DNA of 55,604 nt, filler included, from Catajapyx aquilonaris (Eukaryota): NCBI GenBank assembly GCA_000934665.2. It is 2 parts of 2 records of this genome, joined end to end, with 100 filler letters (N's around TTAATTAATTAA, not from the genome) between each part and the next. Parts side by side here need not be neighbours in the genome. Positions count along the whole stretch, not along the records: positions 1 to 27,662 come from JYFJ02005025.1; positions 27,763 to 55,604 come from KZ539270.1. One strand, given 5' to 3'. The translations under genes were made by a program, and so were the position numbers. Shown piece by piece: positions 17,442 to 29,142 of this stretch; position 1 is the stretch's first letter, and the number at the start of each line of letters is the position of its first letter. The notes below the pieces were generated by a model, which did not search any database, was not told where the DNA came from, and saw only the letters and a program-made list of their open reading frames with translations.

Positions 17442-19483
17442 CCCATGTCAGTCACTTGTTCTCACATGTGAATTATTGTGCTGCAATTAAAAGCTCCCAG
17501 AAGCTATTTACTCTCCCAGCAACCCCAATCTAATTATTTTGGTGACATGTTATTCATTGTGTAAGCAAGGCTGTAGGCTACCAAATATGCTGCGACTTAA
17601 GATTAAAATAATTTTATTTGCAATGGTTGGGGATATTTTTGTAAACTGAACATTTCAGAACATAAACATGTGAAGAGTGTCCTTAAGGCATGTCTTGTGC
17701 AACCCACAGCAATGCATTTAATTTCTACTAAGTTAATAATGGCAAAGTTAATATTTCCTGCTGTGTGTTATGTGAACAGAGACAATCCGTAAATCCCTGG
17801 CAGGACACCAACCGCTTCTGTTGTGTTCGTCACCATGCCATGAGTTATTTTCTTGACAGCCTCTGGGCACAGTTGTCGTGAGCCTTCACTGGTCATATAA
17901 ATGCTCATTCTGCGAATGACATTTGTCATGGTCTGTTTGTTTTTCAACCATAGTGCCTTCGTTTTCTCGTCGAACTTGATGTAGGCTTCCTGTTGTTAGA
18001 TTGCCTGTGAATGTGTGCTGGCCCACACAAACTATCACTGGGACATAGATACAGGAGAGACGAAAACTGACATTTAATTCTGTAGTTAATGGTGGGATCA
18101 ATGTCGCAAGCTGTTGTTACTTCTCAGTTGTACTTATCGTGTTGTCAGGGCATGGCATGTCACACCTTGTATTTTGATGAAGTGACACGAAGAGGATTGA
18201 GGACCCCTTAGAGTAAGAGGTGGAAAAATCCAGTTCATTTGTATAACTTCTACATTTAAAAATACACTTAATAGGAGATTGGAACAATGAGCCACATATC
18301 GTTTGTGCGGAAAATAATAGTGGATGATGCTTTGTGAAATAGCGTTTGGCTGAAGCTATAATGTCACCACTTATTCATTTTTTCCTGGCGTGAAGTGACC
18401 TCGTGAATTTTTTCTGCCCAAATAACCATGACATTAAAAATGAAGTGCATATTTTTCTAGCATTATTGTTATTTTGCATTTTGTTTATTTGCTGCAGAAT
18501 ACTTTACTCTTTGGACTATATCTACATTACATTAACAGCACGTGTCAGAATAATTGTTCAGTTTCTGAAGCACGTTCTTGGATGCCATTCGCCAAGGTCA
18601 GCTGTGTCAAGATGTCTAAGACTGGATTCTTGGAAGGAGTGAGTTCCCTTGACTTTTGAAATGCTTCTCTGACTCCTTCTCATCTTGCTTTGTCGGGTCG
18701 CAGGGAAATGTCCAGTGATTGATTCACTAGTCTATACCGTCACTTATTATTACATCTTCTTCCAGGTCAAGGTTGTCAATGTTTTTGCAGCTGATTGTCC
18801 ATCGTAATATTAGGTTGTGGCTTGCCTCTGCATAGCGTGTATAATTATCTCAATATTGAAGCCCAACCATACAATAATATTCTAGTCCATGTCGCTCCTC
18901 ATCGCTCCCTGTTTTTGTTGCAGTAGGCAGAAATCCTTTCCTATCATGCAACCCTCATGAGTCGCGGCTCCAATTACCGGTAACCTCGTCTGTTGAAGTG
19001 TAAGACTGTCCCTAGATTTGATTTTTATTGTTGATTATTTTGTGGAACATTGCAACGGCCAGTCAATAGGAACATTGCAGTTGAACGCAACATTTTTATT
19101 ATTGATTAAAAGGTACTTCTTGTCAATCATTGAGGTTCTTTAGTGATTAGTAAATTTTTATTAATAATATGCTCTGATATTCCAGTACCTGCTACCACTG
19201 CTAAAAAAAATACCAATTGCTACCCACATGTACTGTAGGTTACATATCCCACAGTACTCCCAAGTCTCAACTTATTCTATGTGGCCGTTCTGTAGACATT
19301 GACATGTTGCAATAATAAGTAATAATGCATTAGTCAGCCTGAAGATGATTCATGCAGTATAACTGAATCCAGAGAAGAGAAATAATCACGAAGTAATTAC
19401 ATAGGCATCATAGGCTACGTACTGTCTTCTTACTTCTTGCGTCCTGAAAAATGTTCTCCTCACTCGTTATACTGGGTCATAAT

Positions 19484-19645
19484 GACACATGGCCTCATAC
19501 TTAGGGATTCAAGAGTTTCTTATACACATGTGCATCATTTTATGTGAAATCAAGTTTAGGTGTCCTGCACTCCTGCCATACGCCCTGTTGAGCTTTAGGA
19601 ATATAGTCCTTTTCCAGTCGAAAAAATGTTTTATGAGAGCAGTTC
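19484..19645 (+). repeat. Diverged direct duplication, copy 2
   Basis: Aligns by eye with 17275-17441. Confidence 0.75.
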
Positions 19646-20056
19646 ATTTCCTTGAATAACATCCATCCATTTCAGACAAGTTTATCCATCCCGGTACGAT
19701 GTTTACATAGTGACGGCGCTGGCGTGGCTTGGTACTAAACGTGTGTTTACAGTATAGCAATTATTGGTACTTGAGAATAGTAATATATTCTTCTCCAGTG
19801 GAACCTGCTTATTGGAGACGGCCGATGTTTTTGCAGCAATACGGCATCAATGCCTGATCATTGAATTGTTTCTGAGTTTAATTTCTTGTTATAACTATTG
19901 ATTCCCGTTTTAACTTGCGTCTGTATGTGCATCACCTGAATGCCTCTGTACTCCTACAGTATTAGTAGAATTTTCAATCCTTTTGTCATGCATTGGTAGG
20001 TAAAGAGCAAAATTACTGTTACTAATTATTGTCAAAAATCAACAACTGTTACACAG

Positions 20057-20984
20057 TAAGATTTTTGCAAATTGCTGTGGTCAAATTGGCTGCTGCCTTT
20101 TGGTTGCTGAGTCAATTAGGAAATAAGGTTTTTGCAGAGTGTGAATCATGGTGTGTACATAAATACAATTTGGTAGGATTAGATGTGATTTTAGAAAACA
20201 GTCCTTTGATTGCGGCCTTTGATGAGCAGTTTAAATGGGACAGTTTGAATTGCACTGTAAGGATGACTTTGAAAGCAAATGTACGTGCGAAAGTACAGAA
20301 CTGGCCGCACCCAAAGGACATAATTGTACCTGCGGTGATTGATATGAAGCATTGCATTCAGTGTACTTACGAGATGCCGCAAGGTGAGCGGAAGTGCCAT
20401 ATATGGCATATACGGACGGTTCAATGCTACATGTTGACTAGGACCAATATCGTCGGTTGGTGTTCTTGTCATACAGGTACACGCTTATTCTTAGCGGGCC
20501 ATGATTATTGCTATTGATTATTACTGATTATTGCACATTCTCGGAGGCGACTGCCTAGGTCATCAGTCACCACCATCCTGGCCTGTCTTTCAATCTCATT
20601 ATATTGTCTGAGAAATATCGGTCAACCTGTTGCATTGATTTGTGCCCCGTTTTTACCAGGAAATAAATAAAACTTAGACTTCTCTGCATGAAATTCCAAC
20701 CCTCAGGGGTGAACGTAAAGATGCGACCTACCAAATTAACTTGTGAGAACTACGTAAATGTAAATGAAAGTGGCGGCAGAGGGTGGTCGGTATTTCTTGC
20801 AACATTACCAAGCTGTCGCGAAAAACAAGTTGGTATGCATTTGAAGGATGCATATTCCACCATAAGGACTTTTGTTACTTATTCATATCCTGACAATACT
20901 TTTAAAATTGAGTTAGGTCGCGGTAAATGTTGGTCATCGAACAATGCAGAGGTCAGCTTAAGAGCCACGTCCAAAACTTCATGA
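20057..20984 (+). other. Candidate spliced Cys-rich, possibly secreted protein gene or pseudogene of unknown family
   Basis: ORF 20029-20517 has a hydrophobic stretch (FLQIAVVKLAAAFWLLSQL) followed by several Cys. The strong donor CAAG|gtgagc at 20384 is phase-compatible with acceptor ccctcag at 20706 into ORF 20688-20984. No convincing start codon found. Confidence 0.2.
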
Positions 20985-21203
20985 GCATGACAAACTCTGA
21001 TTCCTGGTTTTTGATCATTTGAGCTAACGACACTTGGAGGCATTTTCTTGATGGATACTTAGCCCATTTAACGGCAAACGGATTTTTATATAAATATTTT
21101 GACTGCATGATGGTGGCAATTTATTTGGATTCATTCATTTACGAATAGATTGTTCCAATTGTTGAAAGTCTCTTCTGACATTGACATGTGAGCATCAATG
21201 AGA

Positions 21204-21641
21204 TTAGGCACTTATGCTGTAGATCTCGACGGGCTGAACTCGAGGAGTACACATTGCCGTAAACCTGTGGCGTAGAAATTGATGGTTTTTTTGTGAAGGA
21301 ACTGCACCTCTGGATATACAAAGGCTAAATATATTAGACTGTATTTCATCCGCTCTTATAATGAGAAGGTGGTAATGGTGTTGATCCCCAAGAATCACTT
21401 GTTATAATTGAAAAGGTAATGTTGCATATTTGTAGTTGTGTATGGTGTATTGGTAGGGTGTTGGTTTGCTGCCCTGCTTGTGAAGTAAGGCCTCGAGTAA
21501 GGTGCTCTGTGCGACTACTGCATTTTTGATCGGGCTCAAATCATACCATTTCGGAACGACGTCGTAGCGACTGGTTGCGTGGACAGGGGGAAAATTGTAC
21601 TGCAAATGAGAGCCATTGTGGTTTGTATAGTCGTCCTGCAT
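21204..21641 (-). pseudogene. Decayed reading frame with an HUH-like motif (GDQHHYHLLII)
   Basis: ORFs 21402-21641 and 21204-21398 are in the same frame, separated by one TAA. Composition resembles 15035-16216. HYH followed by hydrophobic residues at about 21357-21389. Confidence 0.25.
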
Positions 21642-21989
21642 ATTTGATTGTTAAACAAGACATCGTATTCCTATCTTTTACAGAGGTGTGAAATATCACC
21701 TTCGTAGCAATTTGGTTCTAGCTGCGTGAGAGTTTCATTTATACATAGGCCAGATGGGCTGCTTGTGCAGGTCTTTTCCCTCTGCTTTGTTGCCTCCTTG
21801 TGTTATGGATGGCTTAGGGCGTGGTGCTGCCATCAACCTTTGCTGTAAAGTGTCCGCACACAATTCAGCACCTTTTGATCAATAATGCATCGTGTTTACA
21901 ACCGACTTGAATTTACAAGCACACTTGTCCCTGCGAACTGCAAAGTGCGTGGTTAATATTCATATCAAGACCTCACCTGCTCAGTTGCA

Positions 21990-23409
21990 ATGTTGGCTCG
22001 TGGGAGGTTCCTCCCTGTGGCTCAGGACCTCTTCTGGTCATTCAAACCTCTGGCTGCTGCCTTGGTCATTTTTGGATTGTGGCCATGGCCGCTCCGTCCT
22101 GCCAAGCCTTCCCTTGTGCGCCGATGGCCTTTGGCTCTACACATACTTGTTGTAATATCAAACATCACAATGTGTGCGATTCAAAAAGACGTGTGTATAC
22201 TGGGCTCGTTGGATTTGGACATTCAGGGCTTCATATTCATTGTGATATTTGTGTCCATGCACCTGCTGACATGGTTAAGTGCACTCATAGTCGTCTGCAA
22301 GAGTAAGGCTATCATAGATCTGTTTGAAAAGCTGTGCATAGTTGATCTGAAGTATGGGCACAACAGCGTGAGTCGCAAATTAGCGTGGAAAGTTTTGTTG
22401 GTCGTGTCGTTGGATGTCATTCTGTACGTGTCCTTCATCGGAAGCCAAACTCTCGGACATGGCGACATTGTCAGAAAAGTATTGTCGCTAATACTGTGGA
22501 TTCAAGCTGTTGTCTTACGAGACTTGATTCCGGGGCAAATGATATTTGTCGCCTCCATAATAGCGCAGAAACTGAAGCGTATGAACAACATTATCAAGTC
22601 TACGTGTGATACCCTTCAAGGCACATATTCAGTGTACAAAACAGTGGCCACTTCTTCCTGCCATGCCCAAAAGACTTTTGCAAACATGTGTCACTTTCTG
22701 ATGGAGATGTCCCTGCTGGTGAAGCAATTCAGCGCAGTGAACGGACTGGTCATGTGCATCACTTACACGTCATTTGTGTTGGAAATAGTGGCCAGCAACT
22801 TTTTGCTATTGTCCTTAGGGGATTTACCACTGGGAATTACCGTGGCTACATTAGTAATTATTGTTACGCGTTCGTGGTTCGTTCACTATTTCACCAGCTT
22901 GATGGACAGCGTACATGAAGAGGTTAGTAGCTTACCGCAATTATTATTGTGCCGTTGTACAGCATGATGCGGAGTTTACTTCCAGGCTACCATGTCATTG
23001 GATGACCTGATCAGGGTGGGCACACTTGACCTCAGTCCAGGCTGCCAATCACAGGTCAGATCCATGCACACTGTTCTTTTAGCATGAGTTGAAACGGTGT
23101 TATGCCCATGAAAAACAATACACATGGCATGTGTCTTCATGTGCAATGTTTTTGTCTCATGATGGTTTCAGGTACAGGGAATGATCCAAAAAATGAGCGG
23201 CCCTCCCATTCAGATCACAGCGTCCAATTACTTCGCCATCAACCGCGGACTGCTAACTTCGGTAAACTTATAACATAACTTACTATGTCGCTTGATACAA
23301 CAGGACTGGCTTATAGCAAATCTTTTGTTTTCAGATTTTGGGTGCAAGTACCACATATTTAATCATCTTGGTACAATTCAGAGGCACGGAGAACGACCAA
23401 AAGCAGTGA
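21990..23409 (+). CDS. Gustatory receptor (7tm_7 / insect chemoreceptor superfamily), 388 aa
   Basis: Exons 21990-22922, 22986-23054, 23172-23261 (90 nt) and 23335-23409, joined by three phase-0 introns near the C-terminus, the typical Gr architecture. Multiple TM segments, QITASNYFAINRGLLTS, and the TM7 signature TTYLIILVQF. Confidence 0.93.
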
Positions 23410-23562
23410 TTCATGAATTATGTTGTCTAGTATTTGGTTATAATAATCATTTTGATTAATATGTGTTTAACAAAATAGATGTATAGTGTGTACTTGATCT
23501 TATACAGTTTTAACAATTTATTTGACTGGCCCTCCAGGTAATCAAAAAGAATATCTCCGTTA

Positions 23563-23776
23563 TTCTAAAATGACCTAAGTCACTTTCAGTGTTTTTTTCA
23601 GGACAGAGGAAAAACCTCTCTTTGACTAAGGTTGTTTTGGCACGAAAGCCAAACTTGGCGACGGTTTTCCCATATGACAAAGGTTGTTTTGGCACAAAAT
23701 GACATTGTTGGCAGCTGCACGGCAGCATGAAGGGTGCTAACTCAAATCTGCAAAAAATGACTTAGGCTGTTTTGGA
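23563..23776. mobile_element. Degenerate MITE-like element downstream of the Gr gene
   Basis: ttctaaaatgacctaagtca pairs imperfectly with tgacttaggctgttttggaa; internal direct repeat aaggttgttttggcac occurs twice. Confidence 0.4.
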
Positions 23777-26700
23777 AGGGAGCTCTAATGTAAACTGAAG
23801 TGTTGATACAACCAGGAGCCATATAAGGCACAAAATGTAACTTAAATTCATACATATGACAATTGGTGGGAATATCTTGACTAACTTTCCATCAACATGC
23901 TGAGATTATTGATATTAGTGGTATAGCAGCATTATATTGTATAAAACAAAAGATGGATTTCACGTCGACTCTTTCAATCACTGACTGGGGAAAAAATTAC
24001 TCTGCGCGCAGAAATGTGAATCACAAATAACTAGGAACTTATGGAGTTGTCATTGGATGGGATGTGCTGTATGTGATGTTTATTATTCTTGCTTCCTGCC
24101 TTTCAATTGGGTGGAAACCAACACAATCTAAAATATTTCCTCTTTCAGATTAAACTGTCAATAATAAATAATAGTGCATTCTACACTAATCGTTACTTCA
24201 TCATACTCATCATTTTGTTGGAGTATTTCAAGACTTCATAGATACATGAATGTCACATTGAAACATCATAATTTATGCAAACAACATAAGACATACCGTC
24301 CACAACCATTAGGCCTCGATTGTACTCATTGAGTTACAGTGATGAATGTCTCGTCGTTGGGTTTCTTCCATTCCACATGGACAGCACCACTTGCGTCATA
24401 ATATCTCTGAAACAATAATATTATTAATCCATCATGTCCCTTCTGTGTGTGTAACTGATGCATTGTCATTTTGTAATCACTTTTTACAAGTTAGTGTTTT
24501 AAATGTTAAATGTTATAATTGGAATCTGTATCATTACCTTCATGTGTATGAAGTCCGCCAACATTCCTCACAACATCCGCCGCAGGCAGAAAATGAGCCT
24601 TTCTGCTATAACCCCGTCCGAATATTCTCAACGATGAGGAGGACGGGCCCAATATGGACACTACGTGAGCAGCACCTAGCGCCCCAGATGTTTCTGCAGA
24701 TTGTACGACAATAGGTCTTAACTTCATTCTCCCTGCTTCTCCATTCGTATCATGGTGTTCTCGGTATTAAAATACTTACAATATTGATTGATTTTCTTCC
24801 ACGTTCCTCATCTATCATTACTTGCAATGACAGTAGGCTATATTCCTAGCCAATAGCTATATACATACTGGAGTTATTGGCTAGGAATATACTTTCATTG
24901 CAAGGATAGTGCAGGTTTAAACGTCTAATATGGTACTGTACATCTGAAAGAAAGAGTACACATGTCAGATATGATTTCCTGTATACTAATACAAGGAATA
25001 TATTATATTCCTTGCTGTTCATGTATTTATACGTTCTGCATGTAATCTGCACCAATGCAGCTTCACTACCTGAGCATTAATATTGTGTCTGAGTTTCCTG
25101 TTATGGCCAAGTTATATTTATTCCCATTTTCAGTTTCAGACCCCAAGCATATATGTAGCAGGTAGGTGACACACAACTAGAAGTTTAGTCAGTTCTGGTT
25201 GTTCACATTTGTATTGTATGGAGGAAGTACAACTTCAGTCACTGACTCTTACTCCTTGTACTTATTGGTACAGTATATCTCTTAATTTTGTGTGTGAACA
25301 TCATGAGATGGATGGAAAGAGGAGTTGGGCTAGAATGAATCTATATTACGAGAGTCTTAACACCTAGTACTATAGGCCTACAAGTTTCAGAAATTGTGGG
25401 TGTGGATCATAATAGTCATTGTTCAGTGAATTATCTGACTTCTTCCTCGGACTCATCCGACGTATGAGGTTACGTTGGGAGTTGCTCTTTTCCATTGGTG
25501 AGCAACTTACAAGTCGCATGTCATTGTCTTGCTTCGGTGTTTATTTCCGTCACGAGGATTGCAGGTGGACTCCTCTACACAAAAAAGGGTGTCTCTTTAC
25601 CTAGTACCTGAAGTAAAAGTGAAGGGCACTGTGATGTTATTAATAAGAATGGCCAAGAGTTACATGTATGTTTACCAGCAGCAGGCGTCATTTTATGCAG
25701 TTTAGTGCATACAGTATAACTGGGACAACTTTTTGTTTGTTAGAATGTGAATTATGCATAATGAGCTGGATACTAATTTTACGCCCGATGTGTTGAGAGT
25801 GGATGATATTCATTCTTGGCTTATAATTATTAGAACTACTTGCTACGTAATGTTTGAATTACAGTGTATTCAAATACACATTCAAACCATGTTTCAGGTG
25901 CAGTGTAGAATTAGCTGCTCTTGTTTTATTCTCAATCAATCAAATGCACGTGGCCGCTAGGGTATTACAAGAAAGATGCCTTGGTATTTTGTGGAGGACC
26001 GTCATAGAAAATGGTGGTTGGGTATAATTTTAAATGTGATTCACATTTGTCTCTTAAAAGTTCTAAATATTTATAGATTGCTATTATTGAGTCTTTTTTC
26101 ACTGCCATGAAACTTGCTTCGGTCAGTTGACAACGGAAATAAGGTTTTTGAAGAGTGTAAATCACAGTACATAAATTGGTAAATAGTGAAAAAACCCTGC
26201 AATTTCATGTCCCAGCTAATCTCTGGACTTAATATAACATCTGAAAACCAGATAACATGCAACGAAATATGATTGCAACTTGCGGAATACGGGGTACGTA
26301 ACAAATATGTATTGACAAAATTCTTTCATATTTTTCTTTTGGTCACAGAACGTGACATGTCACGCCCGTGGCTTGTCCCAACCTTCACTTTTGTAGTTTT
26401 GTCAATTTTTATGCAAGGCATAAGATGTTATTTCACTTTTTCCCCATAATGGAGAAAGGAATACTGAAGGTAAAGGCTAGGGCATTCTTTGTCCTGAAGA
26501 CGAATTTCCAACAATTGCATCTCGATTTTATTGCAAGAGTAATTTTATTCTTCTAGTGATCGTGAAACATTCAACTGGGCGACGCAATGGCGGTACCACA
26601 ACCTTCCAGGATGGAGGCTTCTGTCCAGCGATATACTGTGGGATGTTAAACCCGTCAAGCTATACCTGCTTCTTTAATTAGATTAACCATATCACCGGTA

Positions 26701-27662
26701 ATGGTCGGAAATTAAAATTTTCATGATGGGCGAGAGGCGCATGTCAACACTGAATGTTATGTTGTGCGCAACAGGTAGTTCATTCGCAATGTTCGTTGTA
26801 AATATTGATGACATAGTGAAGTAATTTTAATTGATCTTTCATGTGAATGCCTTTCTCTGCAAGATTTCAGAGATGGATGGATGTCCTTTCAAAGGTAGCA
26901 TTATTTGCTGGAATTTGATGGCACGAATGACTGAAGAATTGATCATTGGTTGTCTTATTCTGAAACTACTGGTTGATGATTAGTAGTTTGCGTATGGTTA
27001 TATTTAATTTTTCTGATTACTGTACAAAGATTATCATGGACTGACTGGAATAACTGCAAACTGTGTCATACTATGCCGTTGTTTAGTTGGTTTAGTCCTA
27101 TTCACTTGTTGGGCTTAGTTTATTAACGAAAGGTGTGTCGATCAATTTGAAGTAAAGAAAGGAAGTCAATTTGTGAACACGCCAGCCAATTTTCAAAAGT
27201 ATATCGATGGTTTTATTAGCCTCTCAACATTTACCTGCACTGATGAGTATAGCAGTTATTGGCTATTTCCCACTGGACATCTGAATTAATGTCATATTAT
27301 AGTTCGCTGCTGTTGTGAAAGGTGCCTCCCGATGTAGTGGTTTCCAAGCTACCTGTCTTGTTTGTCTTCCTCACGTCGGCTGCCTTATTCCATCTACCCT
27401 TCACCATGTTGGGTGCATATGACACCAATGTGCTTGACGAACTTTAGAAAACTTTCCATGTTCTCATATTAATAAATTAAATTTATGCAGAAGATTCTTG
27501 AGGGCAGAACGAAGATTGTCAATACTGCTGGCGTAAGTGATGGATGTAGCGCAATAAATACTCCTACCTTCTGTGATGCAGCAAACGGTTAGGTGAATAA
27601 TTAATTGAAAGCTGCCAATATGGGCATGACATTTCGAGAATGTTTGATTAAGATGTACTTTA

Positions 27663-27762
27663 NNNNNNNNNNNNNNNNNNNNNNNNNNNNNNNNNNNNNN
27701 NNNNNNTTAATTAATTAANNNNNNNNNNNNNNNNNNNNNNNNNNNNNNNNNNNNNNNNNNNN
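27663..27762. other. Artificial assembly spacer N44-TTAATTAATTAA-N44
   Basis: Exactly 100 bp with a six-frame stop linker at 27707-27718; not biological sequence. Confidence 0.95.
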
Positions 27763-27781
27763 ATTAGAAAAAGAAAAAGTG

Positions 27782-28620
27782 CGCCGAACAGGTATCGAAC
27801 GACCATCCTCATGATCCCAAGGAGGTGACCATAACCATTCGCCTACTCCCCAACCACACCGATTACCGGCCAACAGGGACTCCTACATTTGGCTAGGGAC
27901 ATACTTCGTCACATCGAGAGATATACTGTATATCTATGTACTGTGCTCTGTACAGTCTCAGTACGAAAGATCCGACAGATGGAAACTGAGGTAGTAGGGC
28001 ATGCCTCTGACCAAAAACCTAATATTAGGGAGAGAAACATTTTTGGAAATTTTTAAGACACCTGCTTAATGGGAGGGGGCGGTCCGGGGCGGTCACTTTT
28101 TTCGAAGAAAAAAGTCAAAATAACAAAAAGTCAATTAAATGATCAAGTGGCTTCGCTTGTGTTGTCCATCCCGTCAGCCCCCTCCCTACGCACCCCATAG
28201 TCCCTACATTTGTCTTATACCAGGGAGTTCCATTCTCAAACCTATTAGCCCTCCAAATATTCACTCCTAAAAATTTAACTATAGGTCCAATAAAATCACC
28301 AGCACATGCAAATGAATCAGCACACCTTTTAGGGCATTTTCAGTGGTTTGTTGCAGGCTGACCTTTGACCTGAAAGGCCCTAATATTAGGTTTTTGGTCA
28401 GAGGCAGGCCCTACTACCCCAGTCTCCATCTGTCGGATCTTTCGTAATGAGACTGTACAGAGCACAGTACATAGATATACAGTATATCTCTCGATGTGAC
28501 GAAGTATGTCCCTAGCCAAATGTAGGAGTCCAAGTTGGCTGGTATCAGTATGAATGTGACGTAGGCGAGTGGTCATCGTCAGTCACCTCTTTGGGATCAT
28601 CAGGACGGACATTCGGCGTC
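27782..28620. mobile_element. Foldback element: about 153-bp near-identical inverted arms plus diverged tRNA-like outer extensions
   Basis: 27878-28030 is the reverse complement of 28378-28530 with few mismatches. Outer segments 27782-27870 and 28533-28620 are also inverted homologues and carry A-box-like tAGGCGAaTGG; the left one has B-box-like GTTCGATACC. Confidence 0.75.
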
Positions 28621-28877
28621 AGTGTTTCGTGGCATTGCGCTATGGATTAATAAAATAATAAATCCCCACCCGCTTATGATGTGAGTGGAGATGCGCAGAT
28701 CGTCGACGCTGTTTTAGATAGTCTATTTTCTATTTTCCTCTGATGCTTCGTGTAGGAAATAAAAATATTTTTATTTCTTCTTCCACACCCCTCTCATCTT
28801 CTCTGCCCTTCTTGACCCGGAAGATGAAGAGGATGCCCCGCCATCTTGGCCGGCACAGATGGCGACAAATATTTTTA

Positions 28878-28945
28878 CTCACTCGGGATTTGAACCCGGA
28901 ACCCTAGATTGAGAGTCGAGAGCACTGCTATCATGGCCAGCCTGC
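28878..28945 (-). pseudogene. tRNA-derived fragment (SINE head or tRNA pseudogene)
   Basis: Perfect T-arm cggg-TTCAAAT-cccg and an anticodon-like arm with loop CTCTCAA, but the acceptor stem does not pair. Confidence 0.5.
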
Positions 28946-29081
28946 ACCAGCTGCTTTCATGTGGTAATCGGAAGGTCTAGCCTATTTACCAGATGCACTT
29001 CAAAGAGAAATAAATATGAAATGTGAGATAAAGTAACAGCTAGAAAGTTCCATAGTGATAAAAGGAAACAACATATTTTTT

Positions 29082-29142
29082 TCAGGATTAGATCCTTCAA
29101 CCTTCAGGTTACGAATACAGTGGCTTAGCCACTAGGCCAATC
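29082..29142 (-). pseudogene. tRNA-derived fragment
   Basis: A-box TGGCCTAGTGG and a degenerate T-arm agg-ATCTAAT-cct. Confidence 0.4.

Noticed and set aside
24346..24770. Possible decayed membrane or envelope protein tail (VIIGICIITFMC, PSAP)
   Set aside because: Motifs lie in different frames with stops; too little signal to call.
28878..29142. Functional tRNA genes
   Set aside because: Acceptor stems do not pair and only partial arms are present; treated as tRNA-derived relics.
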